Origin: Hydrolagus affinis
Lineage: Eukaryota
NCBI GenBank assembly: GCA_012026655.1
Contig: JAAILG010000139.1
Span: 1 to 64,000, forward strand
DNA length: 64,000 nt
Direction: 5' to 3'
In this document: in pieces, positions 48,081-61,295 of the stretch
Position numbering within the stretch: the stretch's first letter is position 1
Layout of the letters: the number at the start of each line of letters is the position of its first letter
The notes under the pieces: model-generated
The model's input: the letters and a program-made list of their open reading frames with translations, nothing else
What the model was told of the DNA's origin: nothing
Databases searched by the model: none
Made by a program: the position numbers and the translations under genes

Positions 48081-51000
48081 GCAGTGATCAACTCCCTACC
48101 ACAGGAAGCACCGTTACATATGTTACCATTGACTGAACTAATTTTCTAATTAAGATTCACTTCATGGTTGTTTGTGGGGCATTGCTGTGTGCAAATTGGC
48201 TGCCACATTCACCTCTAAATACAGTCACTACACCTTAGAGAAAATTCTGCTGAGAAACATTTTGAGATCCTTTGATATTATAGATGGTCGATCAAATGTG
48301 AGTATTATTAATAATAATCATTCCAATCTAACAATAGCAAACGGACTCTTGTAACATGACTCTCACAATAATAATCCTTGCATGCTCTTCACATGATTAT
48401 GTAACTGTGCATTATCAATAACACATTCTGCAGTTCCATCTGAAACCTACTTAGTTCACTTTCTGGCCAGCCAGAAAGGTTAATATTTTCAGATGACAAT
48501 CGGATTTGCTATTCCTGGGGAAACGTCAGTATTTAAACTCAATTTAACAGTATTGAATCCGAATAAAAGAAAAAAAAGCCATGTTTCCCAAATTGACTGC
48601 AGCATTCGTCCACAAAAATATTCACTACACTCTCCAGTAAATCCCGTGAAGAGATTCGACAACAAACTAAACTACTGTATCAAATGCAAGGATTATTAAT
48701 ATGAATTATTATTTTTATTATATACTTCATTATCTTACCCGAATGGAGGGTAAAGGATGACTATGGTTGCCTTTATTCACTGTGGACCATTGTTTGTCAC
48801 TGCTTTTATGGGAACAAAGCAGCAGCAGTGACCCAGTACAATTAGGAAACAAGATTAAATATGTCACGTGAGTTGTCTAAAGTGAGTGAGGCAGTGGAAC
48901 CCATTCACAAAACAGCTACACGGGTAGCATTGGATCATCAATCTGGAAAGTAAAGTCAATTGGTGTCATTGCACAAAATGTAGTGATTACTGTAACAGTG
49001 ACAGAACGGACCGTTCAAGCAATATGGAATACCAAAACACAAAGCAAAGTATTTTCGCACGCATAACCATTCAGTCGGTTCACTTTACAGTATATTCTGT
49101 GAAGCGCTTTGAGACCTCTAGGAAACGTGACGAGGATGGAAGGATTATTGTTATTACACACTCGGAGACATGCTTTGCTTCAACAACAACAACAACAACT
49201 TCGATTTATATAGCACCCTCCACGCTTCCCTTCGAATCGCTGAAGCACTTCTAGATCAGGAAAAGATATTAAGATGATTTTACAAAATCCAAAGGATGAT
49301 GGATTTTCCGAACTGCACTGCAACTGGATAAGTCATCCAATGTTGATTATAATCCTTAGACTGTACTTGGTACAGCACCTTGTATGTTGGGAGGACGTCC
49401 CAAAGCGCTTCACAAGCTATACTGTAAAGTGGAGCGACTGGTTGCTGGGAGTGAGATTACAGTGAAATGGATATTCTACAACCATCAGATCAATCATTCA
49501 ATCGAAACCTACATTTATATAGCGCCTTTCACGTCGAGAAGACGTCCCAAGGCGCTGTACAGTCAGGTACAAGAGCAGTGGGGGGTGGGGGGTGTCGGGA
49601 CAGGATCAAGTGGGCTGAAGGGCCTTCTTCGTCCAAGTCTTTGATACTTTGAGCGGTCGATGTTGTTACAATTTAATTGCTTTTGTGGCTGAAGCAAATG
49701 GGGAGGAATGTAGCAGATCAGAGCAATTATTTGTTCTTGGCCAATGAATTCTTTAAGCGTTTCAATGCTGTATGGGCTTTGGACCCAAAGGAGGCTTCTC
49801 AGAATTCAACAATTTAATTTGTACAAGTTATAGGTAAGAACAGATCCAAGTAGAGATTTTTTTTTGTTTCCTTCGCTGCGGCGTGCCAGCTGCCATTAAT
49901 GATTCTTCTTGTGACTGGAATAAATCACTCTTGGCAGATTAGAGAGAAGGGAAGTTGTAGTTGACCACACTTGGATTCACTGATGTTATGATGGGAGAAG
50001 GAAGAGGATGATTTTTTTTTACAGAGAAGAGGATGTTTTTGGACAGAGATAGATGTGTGGGATTTTCACTGTGTCATCATGTTACGTGGTAACAGAAGTG
50101 CTCGCAGGGGAAAAGACTGAGGCTAAAAGATGTGCCAAAATACATAAACACAAGTTATTGTCATTTTGTTACCTTTTGACATAAATGTTGTCAATGTCTC
50201 ACTGAAGGAAAACAATTAATGATCCTTTGAACTCAAAATATCTATTTATATTTAAAATTATGTTAATCAGGATTTCTTCTCGGACATAATAATAATCCTT
50301 GCATTTGATATAGTGCTTTTCATGTCTTCTAGATGTCTCAAGGTGCTTCACACAATAGACTGTCAAGTGAATTGACTGTATATTTGCGGGTGAAGCATAT
50401 ACAACTCAGGTCAAAATCCATATTTTCTGCATACTGTGAACAAAATTTACATTCATACATGTTCATGTTCGTTCGGATGTCTCAAAGCACTTATCAATAT
50501 TGCCTTGGCATCTGAGGCTGGGGTTTGGGAGGTGAAAAATGACTGAAGGCGAGGTCAAACAAGTATTCATTAAGATTAACCAATGATCAGCCTTTCATAA
50601 TGTGGCCACTGTTGGCAGTGGGATACAACAAGACCCTCCTCTTCGACTGTCCCATCAGTCACCCCAAATCCACCTCTTTCCCTCCACCCTCCCCGTCCCC
50701 AACCCCAGCTCTGGTCTGAAACAATTAACTGTTCAGCACCGTGGGACATCCTGCTGATATGAAAGGCACTATACAAGAGTAATTTTGTTGTTGCTTTGTA
50801 TTCTGTGAAGCGCTTTGAGACGTCTAGAAGACCGTGAAACGCGCGAGATCAAATGCAAGGACTATTAATATTATCACCCCCCAGAAAGTCCAGACCTGTT
50901 TCATATGTTAACTACGAGGAATCATTAAAATTGTTTTCACAGTTAAATGTAGAAAACATTGGCACAACATAAATTTTGAATGCGTTTTAGTGATACACAG

Positions 51001-51712
51001 CCCGAATCCACTCCTAGAATCGCTGCAGCAATTTATTTTTCAATCCAATAGTTGTCAGATGATTGTTCCCACCACTTTTATTTCTTTCTAAAAAAAAAAA
51101 TTTTGGAAAGCAATTTCAATTCAAGGTCAGGATATTCAGAAATGTAGCACAGCCAAATGTTTTGTGTTTGATTCGGCGAGTGACTGCCAAACACTGCCGT
51201 ATTTTGTACACTAAATGTACAGTTAATTAACTTTACAGTATATCCTTTGAAGTGCTTTGAGATGTCTTGAGGTGGTGATAAGGCACTAAGTCAAATGCAA
51301 GGATGATTATTATGATTATTGAAACAGAAAGTGCTGCTCTTTATTTACAAAGGAAAATGAACTGCAGGATAATAATAATAATTTTTGATGTCTCCCTAGG
51401 TACACACGTAGCTCTGGTTATCACAGTGGGGTTTCCAATCTGTTTCACTGTTTTTTTCCTCTAAATATGACTGCATCGGCAGCAAAGTTTGGCAAACACA
51501 GCTGGTGTCGAAGGACAACATCAAACTGTTTCAATTGTAACTTTGTTTGTGATTAGACATATTTCAAGATACAGTATATCATACAGGAGACAGTATGTTC
51601 AGACGGCAGAAGCTAGGTTATAATGTTATAACCCAGATTCTATTTTAAATGTGTAAATAATAAACTCTTGACTCTCCAGTGCATTGGGGCATCTTCCCAA
51701 CGTGAAAGATTG

Positions 51713-52365
51713 TGGAGTTCTATAGCTCAATGGTTAGAGCACTCGGTCTTGCAAGCGAGAGACCTGGATTCAATTCCTGTCAGGGCAAAATCTTGGGCAA
51801 GTTTCCTTACTCCACTAATCTAATAATCCTCTCTCAAGAAGAAAAACGCAATAATATTAATAATAGATTGGTTTGTGGGGACACTGCTGTACGCAATTGG
51901 CTGCCACGTTTTGCCAACAAATATACAGTCAATTCACTTTACAGTATATTCTGTGAAGTGCTTTGAGACCTCCAGAAGATGTGAAAAGTGTTGTACCAAA
52001 TGCAAGGATTATTATTATTATAATTATTTTTATGCCTCTGTTTCATGTTCTTCCAACATGAAAGGCGCTTTACAAATTTAACTTTGTCGTTTTAGTACCT
52101 AGCAGTAAGTAGGATGCCAGTTATTATTCTATTGCCGAATCACTTTTCCAGTGCTAATAATTCTTTCTAAATAAATGAATCAATAATAAAAATGCAGTCA
52201 CTCAATCCGCGACTGTTTGTGGTACGCTGCTGTGTACAGTTAGCAAGCGCATTTCGCCCACAAAATATACAGCCAATTCACTTCACAATATATCTGTGAA
52301 GCGCTTTGAGACATCTCGAAGACGCGATAAGGCGCTATATCGAATGCAAGGATTACTATTATTTC
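51713..52365 (+). mobile_element. Tandem/nested SINE cluster: full short-form SINE (51713-52028), then a long-form SINE (52032-52365) interrupted by an L2 tail
   Basis: Two SINE tails; the gcctctgttt|acctagcagtaagtagg module is split by ttccaacatgaaaggcgctttacaaat...ttgtcgtt. Confidence 0.82.
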
Positions 52366-53263
52366 ATAAGACGCAATATGACTTGTTACAGACCTTGATA
52401 TTTGACTCACCCCACCCCCCCCAAATCCATCAATGACCCCAAGTGCATATTACAACAGTGTTCCACTGTATCAGGAGGATATGCTTCAACAGTTGAGATT
52501 TGGAGATGAAGAGAAATTCTGAAGTTTTTGTCAGATTACCTTTGGGGTTCTGTGGGTAGGGTGTCTATTCCAGAACTGTCGCTCAGGAGTTATTGTAGCT
52601 GGTCTGAAATCCATGATAAGCTAAATTTGTATTGGCTGTGGAAGAATTAAGCTTGACGGGCAAAACAGACTACTGCCACTCAAACTAAAGTGAAATCAAT
52701 TTCAAATGATTACAGATAACATTCCATAGCTTTTCTTTCTTGGTTTCTGAATGGGATGTGGTATTTGTAATGTTCAGATCACGTTGGAGGAAAGACAAGT
52801 TTTAATGAGTACCTTCACATTATGCCCACTGCAATTATTACCTCAACAGGAAAAGGGGCAAATGTTACAAGGTATTATTCATTTGTAATGTGCTCGTACA
52901 AGGGAGAGGGAATTTGGAGGGGTGGAGGCTCGTGTGGAACAGAAACACTTGCCTAATGGACTGAATTGATCCAAATGGCCTGATTCTATGCTGTAAAATT
53001 CAATGCAATTCCATGTAGATTTTAAACTCTAGCACAAATTTGACTCAACTTTGAACTGCGCTGATATATGCTAAATGTATAATACTATTGCACTCAACAG
53101 ATAGAGAAGATTTTGATCCTATCAGGCAATATTGTATATTCTAACTCAAGTCCCAGAGGCTAAATTATTGTACTACCTCGTCCCCATTTGGCATTCATTG
53201 AAATGTTTTGATGTAATTATGTTTGGGATTAAATGTAATGATTCCCTCATGTTTTATTTGCAG

Positions 53264-53391
53264 TGCGAGTTGTAAAGAGCAAGCAGTGGTGTGAAATGAT
53301 CCCCTGCTCAGATGGAGAAATTTGTGGTTTATTAATAAACAAATCAGGCTGGACCTGCACACAACCAGGAGGTCGAATAAAGACAATCACG
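53264..53391 (+). CDS. TAFA5: TAFA5-family coding exon 3 (128 nt): VRVVKSKQWCEMIPCSDGEICGLLINKSGWTCTQPGGRIKTIT
   Basis: Acceptor gttttatttgcAG ends at 53263 and donor GTAGGT starts at 53392; phase 1/0. The QWC-x4-C-x5-C and SGWTCTQPGGRIKT motifs are TAFA5-type. Exons 2 and 3 together hold 8 Cys. Confidence 0.95.
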
Positions 53392-53474
53392 GTAGGTTCA
53401 TGTTATAATTACACTAATGTGTTAACTACTTACTTTCCAGGTCACAATCTTTGTGCTTTTCAGGGATATTTACT

Positions 53475-53703
53475 GGGGGAATTCTCTACCCCAAGAGGCT
53501 GTAGATGCTCAATCCTTGAACATATTCAAGACTGAAATTGACAGATTTCTTATGGATAAAGGGATGAAGGGATATGGGGATAAGGCGGGCAGGTGGAGTT
53601 AGATTAGAAGATCAGCCATGATCCGATTGAATGGAGGGGCAGGCTCGAGGGGCCGAATGGCCTACTCCTGCTCCTTATCTTTATGTTCTTATGTATGTTC
53701 TTA
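53475..53703 (+). mobile_element. CR1 3' end
   Basis: ggaattctctaccccaagaggctgtagatgct...ggctcgaggggccgaatggcctactcctgctcc + (TATGTTCT)n tail. Confidence 0.9.
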
Positions 53704-53727
53704 TAAACACATCCAATCTTCACCCAC

Positions 53728-54121
53728 CAGGTTGAGGGGTGATTTGATTAAGGTACTTAGGATGATAAAGTGATTTGTAAGGGTACATGAAGAGAAGCTA
53801 TTTCCTCTGGTGGGTGAATCCCAAAATTAGATCCAGACCATTTAAGAATGAAATCAGGAAGCATTTTTTTCCCTCAAAGTGTGGTAGAAATCTGGAATTC
53901 TCTGTCCACAAAAGGTTGTGGATGCTGGATCCATCCACACCTTAAAGAGTGAGGTTGATAATGTTTTGGTAGGTCAGGGTATTAAGGGATACGGGGAGAA
54001 AGCGAGAAATTGGAATTGAAAGGATTAGTAGAGGTACAGATCATCCATGATCTGATTAAATGGCGGAACAGGCTTGAAGGGCTGAATGGCCTCCTCATGT
54101 TCCTATGTTCCTTCCTATGTT
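53728..54121 (+). mobile_element. CR1 3' fragment, same subfamily as 6665-7085 and 30070-30365
   Basis: ttgaggggtgatttgatt...gaaatcaggaagcattttttt...ggaattgaaaggattagtagaggtacagatc + (TATGTTCC)n tail. Confidence 0.9.
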
Positions 54122-56254
54122 CACCTACAGAAACTGTAAAAAAAAAACTTGATATTGAGGCATTTACTTTCAACAATGAAATGATCAGAAACCACAAATG
54201 AATTAGATTCCGCGCAACAAATTTCATCCTTCGAGGAAAAGATGCGGTTAACTAGATGATATGTGTGGGTTACGTTCGACAGATGTATCAGTTCAGCAGA
54301 TCTTTATAGCCTTAATACATGCAAACACTTCTCGTTAACTACTTTCCTGTTGCCGCTTTAACCCCAATCCTGTGTTTTGATGCACCATGAAGCTGGATAG
54401 ACAGCTGGATGAAACCTTTTCGAGTAATATCTACATTAAAAATAATAGTCCTTTGACATTTTTTGAAGGCAACTGACCAACAGAAAAGAGAAAGAAGCCC
54501 TTTTATTTGCTGTGAAATCACAATGCCATATCCATTGAGCATTCGTATGAGTGAAAAGTGGAAAGGAAGCATGGAGCAAACTGAGAAAAAAACACTCCTT
54601 AAATAGATCAATAAAGGGCAACAGAGGACAGCAAGCACTGTAACACCGAATTACAGTCAGAGAACAATCTAGCAACACCAATAAAGAAGGGAAATGGTGT
54701 TTTGAAACAGGTTAACCTGGAACGATTTAGATCTGAAGTATAGTACTACAAAGGAGCCCTGATTTCATGATTTCATGTGACCTTATTCATATCTCCTTGC
54801 AGAAAATTGCTTTAATTTCATATTTGTATGGAACAGTGTAGAGTTTGGGTTTCCTCCCAATTGCTGCATGGACCAAAATAAACCTTCCTTTGGGTAGAAA
54901 TTCCACCATGATATACAGTAAATACAATCTATTAATGTAGCATTTGAGAGCATACAGAATTTGTCAGATTTGGGAAATCTAATCATTAGTTGTGAAGCCA
55001 GATTTTCTGTAAGTTAGAGGAAGAAGAATTGCAAATAATCGATGAAATAACCAAATTACCCTTTGCCTCATTTATACCGATCATTTCAGAACACTGAATG
55101 AAAATGTATAAGTCGGGCGCATGAGAGAGACACACAATCAAAAGTGACATTTACTGTTTGCATTTCAAAACATGATTCACATGCCCAGATCTCTCTCTCT
55201 CTCTCCACTCTATCTAAAATGTGTTTTGCAAACAGAAATCTGCCTTCCTGTTCTGGAATAATCCTACAATTTGAAGTGAGGTTAGATTGCTTCTGGTAGT
55301 GTGCGAAGATGCATGGTACAGTAGTTCTGTGGTAAGAGCACTCAGCTCGCAAGCAAGAAGATCTGGTGTGCGCAATTGTCCAAGCTTTGCCCACAAAATA
55401 TAGTCAATTCAATTTACAGTATATTCTGTGAAGCACTTTGAGATGGCTCAAAGTCGTGATTTTTATTACTATTATTATAAACGGCAAAGGCCCAGAAGTC
55501 CATTAAGCCAGTTCCTGGAGAGAGCATCTCCTTCGCACTCAGACTCTACCCACTCTCCCGGTTCTCCCCTCCGAGGGGAAATGACAAAGGAAATCAATCA
55601 GATAGTCCGTGATGCCAAGAAAAAACTCAGAGATCCAGAGCTGTATCCATCCCAGATGCCAGTATTACATTTTGTTTAGATTTTGCAAAGCAATCAAGTT
55701 ACTCGGAAGAAGAATTGCTAGAAGATTAGTGGGATATAAAACTACTTATTGATGGCAGCGTAGTTTATTAATGCACACTGTGCTTCAGTTCTCTGTTGAA
55801 AAATAGAAACTATTACTTTGTGCTCTCAGAGCAACCCCCAAACCACCCACAATTAAAACATTTCTCGGTAAAAGTTAGTGAAAATCAAAGTGACACTATA
55901 TACTCAGAGATTTAACCTTGCTAATAGAGTTTATATATGCACCATGCATTTTATGGTTCCCTGCTATTAATATAGATTACTCTTAGGAACTGAAACAGAG
56001 AGGCAATTTGTCTTCACTTGAAGGATGTCAAAAAGGTTGAGAGTTTATATTCTCTAGCGTGGAATCGCTGGAGACAGATGTGTAACAGATGTAAGAGAAA
56101 CACAAACAAAAAATCTTTCAATCCATATTTCTCAGACAGTATCTTTAGAAAATGTACAGGTTCTTGAGAAGTGAGGAAACTGTATTTCCATTTGGTCTGG
56201 AAACTTACTGCCCAGGATTTGAAGAGACTTTTATTTTGATGGTAACCTTGGGCC

Positions 56255-56448
56255 CATGTACCCATTGCCTTCGTTCCACTGGATCTGGCCTCCTCCTTGT
56301 CCCCCGAATCCTCCGTTCGACAATCGGCGGCCGTGCCTTCAGCCACTACGCCCCGAGGCTCTGGAATTCCCTTCCTCACCCCCTTCGCCTCTGAGATGCC
56401 GTTCGGCGTGGAGGGCGCTATATAAATCCAAGTTGTTCTTGTTGTTGA
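56255..56448 (+). mobile_element. L2 3' fragment (second tail subfamily)
   Basis: LRSTGSGLLLVPRILRSTIGGRAFSHYAPRLWNSLP; tail ctgagatgccgttcggcgtggagggcgctatataaatccaagttgtt. Confidence 0.88.
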
Positions 56449-56574
56449 TTGACCGGTTGAGGTCGAGGTTCACAGTTGAGGTTGTGCCAATGCATCGTGC
56501 AATATTTGTGCTCAAACTTAGCAACAGTGACTTCCAAGGTGTTACCGAGGTTAACAAGGCCAAAGTTTCATTGA

Positions 56575-56710
56575 AACATAGAAACAGGAGTAAACTATTC
56601 AGCCGCTCGAGTCTGTTCTGCCACTTTATAAGATCATGGCTAATCTGCACCTCAGGTCCAATTACCTCTACCCGCCGTTGCCCGATATCCCTTAATACTC
56701 TGACCCAGGG
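56575..56710 (-). mobile_element. CR1 3' end
   Basis: aacatagaaacaggagta..cattcagcc.ctcgagtctgttctgcca...agatcatggct. Confidence 0.78.
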
Positions 56711-57499
56711 AATATCTTTACATCTATCTGCTTCTTTCTATACTTACAAAATGTATGTAAAGTTAGCAATTTGTTCCTTCTCACCCATTTTGTTAACAAC
56801 ACTAAAAGTTGTACAACTCACAAGAGTAGTTTGGATGAAGATGGCCATTTGACCTTTCAAGATCAGTTAATTGATCTCTTTGTTCCGGGATAGCCACTCC
56901 ACTGTTCCCCAGTCATCGTGTTAATATGTTAATTAATTAATTAATTAATCCAGTGCCCTGGCCTCAATCACCCTCCCTTGTAACCTATTCCAGTTGTTCA
57001 CTGCACTTTCAGTCAATTCACTTTGCAGTATGTTCTGTGAAGCACTTTCAGACGTCTCAAAGAGTTGATAAGGCGCTGTATTAATTGCAAGGATTATTAT
57101 TATTTATTATTAAGAAGTACTTCCTAAAATTGTTCTGAGCAACTCTAAGCCACTGTCTTACTCTGCGATATCAGTTCGTACAGAAGTATTGTTCTGGGTT
57201 TACTCTCTCAATCCCAATTAAAATCATTTGAGAAAATATGTTTTCTTTTGTCTAGCTAGCAGCTCAAGAAGCTAAATAATTTAAGCATTCGCTGCCTCGT
57301 ACCATCTGCCAGGAAGATGATATAGTGAAACTCTGGTTATCTGTTTATGGATTTAACCTCAGTCTCTCTCCCCCTTTGGAGTCCTGGCTCCACACTGACT
57401 AGGAATCCAGCCACAAAAATAAGTCAAGGTCGATAGCTTGAGGGCGTTCCTGGAATTTACTGCAATACAGTTCTGCTCTCCGCGACAAGAGTGACTGAC

Positions 57500-57852
57500 T
57501 GTACAGGCCCTTGAGACAGTTCGGAGGAGAGCAACATGGATGATCCCTGGTGTTGGTGGAATGAGATATGAACAACAATTAGACAAGCTAGGGGGCTCTT
57601 CGGTCTTCAAAGGGGACGTCTCAAAGGAGGACTCAGAGAGATGTCTAGAATTTTAAATGGAATTGGAAGAGTAATCCCAGAGAAACACTTTACGATGGGT
57701 TGAGACGATAGAACAAGTGAGGACAAAGCTTTAGAGTTGCAAAGGGCAGTTTCAGGGCAATCACCCAGAAGTGTATTTTTACCCACAGGCTAATTAAAGA
57801 CTGGAACAAGTTTCCAGGAATGGTGGTGGAGGCCAAGATTTTGACTTGTTTT
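57500..57852 (+). mobile_element. Old CR1 ORF2 fragment
   Basis: ALETVRRRATWMIPGVGGMRYEQQLDKLG-like translation, followed by a frameshifted FTHRLIKDWNKFP-like motif. Confidence 0.8.
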
Positions 57853-57859
57853 TAAAAAA

Positions 57860-57990
57860 GATAATAATAATAATAATAATAATAATAATCCTTGCATTTG
57901 ATATAGCGCCTTATCACGTCACCCAGACGTCTCCAAGCGCTTCACAGAATACACGGTAAAGTGAATTGACTGTACATTTTGTGGGCCAAA
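57860..57990 (-). mobile_element. SINE 3' fragment with long (AAT)n tail
   Basis: (AAT)9-ccttgcatttgatatagcgccttatcacgtc. Confidence 0.88.
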
Positions 57991-60802
57991 AACAAACAGC
58001 TCAATGCCGTGATGGGGAGACGTGAGGACGGGTATTCTGGAAGGATGAGATAAAATGGTTCAAACGGCTTTTTTCGTCTGAACCAATCTGTGATCTTGCA
58101 ATCTTGACTGCTGCTGCACAGCCCTAAATATACATTACAGTTGCCAGAATTAGGCAACCGTTTCTGTGTTGACTGGGTGCCTCATCACATTGTCTACAGA
58201 CACAAAACAAATAATTTTGCAGCAGCTATTGTGGCTTGAAAACTGTTCTTTCTTATGCACACTGAAGATAAAATATGTATTCAATCTCTGCTGAACTGAA
58301 TAATGTGCTGTAAACAAGTTGTGAGGAAAACCCTATTATCAATGCAGATCAGTCCAATGTCAAGGCATTGCAGGTACAAATTAAAATGTAATAATAATCT
58401 TTATGTTTGGATCCGCAAGCAGCTGAGCTCCAGCTCTATGATTTCAGGATGCTCTGTGAAGATAATAATAGTTTGCTTTGATGATTCATTCCATTTGCAA
58501 ACCTAGCAGAATGCTTTCACGCAGCTACAGTGAAATAAAGCGTATTAGATAGGTAGATGGTTCAGAAGGAGAAAGCAAGGATTTCATTTTCTTTGACTGT
58601 TTTGGCTTCCCTCAGGTAGCAATTAATAATAATAGTAATCCTTGCATTTTGATACACTGGGTTTCACGTCCTCTAGACATCTCAAAGCACTTCACAGAGT
58701 GCAATTAGTCATTACCTGAGTGGTGGGGCGGAGGTGAGGGTGGGGTGGGGGGGTGGTCGGGGTGCTGTCAATACTGGCCAGAACACCTTGCTGCTTTAAA
58801 GGATATCTCTTGCAATAAATTCCATCTCTTTGCAGTTTTAAGGGAGATAAAAGGCCAACCTGATGTTATTCTTAGCCTCGATGCTGACAAACTGCTTCTC
58901 ACAACTAGCTGAAGTTCTACTCGGAGGGAACCAGAAGCTGAAACACTCTCGATTCTGTCAGCTGAATGGGACAAAAGAAGTCCTGAACGTTGGCGACTGA
59001 TATCAAGGGCTAGTGGGAGCTTTGCAACCCCTCCCCAATCTACAGCTTGGAGGAGAAGGTCTTGAGCCCTGAGGAGGACCACATTCCTCGGAGGAGCCCT
59101 CCCTGGTGTGGTATTTGTAGGCCCCCTGTTACTCTCCCAACCCCCCAAATAACTGAGACAAATGCAAAGAAATTTACAGCACAGAAGGAGGCCATTTGGC
59201 CTTTCAAGGCTGCACTATCTCTCAGAGCAAGTGGGTTATTCATGTCCTTCCAAGCATCTATCCTTCATATACCTGTCTACCTCCTCCTGAATCCCACAAT
59301 AGAGTATGCCTCCTCCACCTTCCTTGACAGAGCATTCCACATCCTGCTAACTCTGAGTGATATTATTTTGCCTTGGCTCTCCAAGCCCACACCAGCAAAA
59401 GAAAAGTTTCAATCCTAAATCCAATTATTTAGATATTTCCACATTTCTACACAAGTTATATTGCTTGTCTAAATTTATCCCAATTACCATTGCCTTCATC
59501 CCAAACCTGAAATGATCGAAAAAGAATTGTGCACCAACCAGTCTTAATAATTTAGTGATTTAGTCTGACACAAATGTCAAAGGCACATTTTTATGAGGTA
59601 AATAATTGTACCTTTAAATAATGGGGCTGGCATATTATTCTGAATTGAATTTATACATGGAATAATGAGCCATCTGGAGTGAATCACAGATAGGCATGAG
59701 AAATAGTTTTAGGCAGTGTGCGGATAGGTGGCAGGAAAATAATCTACCGAATGCGACACAAGAAGACGCAGATTAGAAGAAAATGTCATTTCAAGGAGTG
59801 CAGGGATACAAAAACCTAAACATACTATGTTATGCAGAGGACAACCACAATAACAACAAATCACATTTGTATAGCGCCTTTCACGTCGGGCGGACACCCC
59901 GAGGTGCTGATCTGGATGTTGGAACATTAGGATGCTCAAGAGATGAAGATTATATCATTAAAAACATCATAAACTACAAAACCAACTCCCAGTGATAATA
60001 ATAATAATAACCATTCTTGCATTTGATACAGACATCTTGTCACACCCTTGAGATGTCTCACAGGGCTTCCCAGTATTTATTGTAAAGTGAATTGACAGTG
60101 TACTTTTTGTGGGCGGAACAGAAATTGTTTAGCAATCTAAAATGGGAATGCATTCAGACTCTCCTGCAGAAAAGATCAAAAGACGAAGCAGGCCTTTCTT
60201 TGGCCTTTTCCTATCTCATCCTTTCAGAAGACCCATCTACCTGACCATCGTCCCATCACAGTATCTCAATGTTTTATTTAAAATGAGTCTCACCGCCGTC
60301 CTGGCCTCAACCACTCTTCCCAGCAACCCGTTCCAGTTGTTAACAGCTCCCTGGGTAAAGATGTTGTGATGGGTAAGGGATACACAGAATAAATTCAATG
60401 GGGGTAATTGTCAAACGCCACTTTTTGTTTTACAGTCTATGCGATTCTGTGCTCCATTTCCAAATTTTAAACCCCTTCTGTCACTATGCAACACATCACG
60501 TCTCACTCCAACCAACGTGTTATTACCACTGACAGACTTAAGTCAGTAAACTTAATTTATTTTAATTTGAACTCAGAAACATAATGCAGTGTTCAGTATT
60601 TAACTGTACTGATGCATTGACATTGGTTGCGCCTAATATGAATTCTGTTTTGTGACAGTGGAATGGTGGTACAAATTGTGTGACATGTCTGTTACCATAA
60701 CATGATATAACTCACACTGCTTCATGTGAATATTTAAGAAAAAATTTAAACCTAACCTTTACTTATATGTTTCAGCTAGTGCAAGTCAATGAACCGTCTA
60801 TA

Positions 60803-61295
60803 AAAATAATAATAATTCGTACATTTGATATGGTGCCTTAGCATGAATTCGAGAAAATAATAATAATAATCCTTGCATTTGATATCGTGCTTTTCACATC
60901 TTCTAGACATCACAAAGTTCTTCATGGAATATACTGTAAAGTGAATTGACTGTATATATGTGGGTGAATCACGGCAGCCAATTGTGCACAGCAACTGTCC
61001 TGGATTGAAATGACCAATTTATTATTGTTTTTTTTGAGGGATTATTATTAGGTGTATGGAGTAAGGAAACCTGCCCAAGGTTTCGCCCTGTTTGGAATTG
61101 AACCTTGCTTTTAAGGCGATTGCTCTAACCACTGAGCTACAGGACTCCAAGAGATGTTTGAAAGCGCTTCACCAAATATACTGTAAAGTGAAGAGACTGT
61201 ATATTTTGTGGATGAAACACGGCAGTGTCGCACATAAGTCGTGGATTGTGTGACCACATTTGTTTTATTATTATTATTTTTATAAAGGGATTATT
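60803..61295 (-). mobile_element. Full short-form SINE (60856-61149) nested in the tail of another SINE copy
   Basis: The older tail at 60803-60852 resumes at 61150 (agagatgtttgaaagcgcttcac). Confidence 0.82.

Larger units (their letters stand above)
38367..53263 (+). other. Intron 2 of the TAFA5-family gene (14,897 nt)
   Basis: GTAAGT..ttgcAG between exon 2 and exon 3 with matching phase. Confidence 0.92.

Noticed and set aside
50731-50752. REST/RE1-like TTCAGCACC-gtg-GGACAT
   Set aside because: It is a mutated L2 tail with non-canonical spacing and a mismatched right half-site, so it is too weak to call.
56256-56852. Longest ORF in the track (198 aa)
   Set aside because: It is an off-frame read through an L2 end, unique sequence and an antisense CR1 end, with no coherent protein or splice context.
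58580-58708. Candidate terminal exon: pyrimidine tract + ctcAG|GTAGCA (Val-Ala...)
   Set aside because: It does not give V-S-stop. It runs into an antisense SINE fragment flanked by a GCAATTA duplication, and the reconstructed pre-insertion sequence has no early stop either.
60750-60840. Second acceptor-like site (cctaac...ttcAG|CTAGTG)
   Set aside because: The translation bears no resemblance to the TAFA C-terminus and enters a SINE tail.
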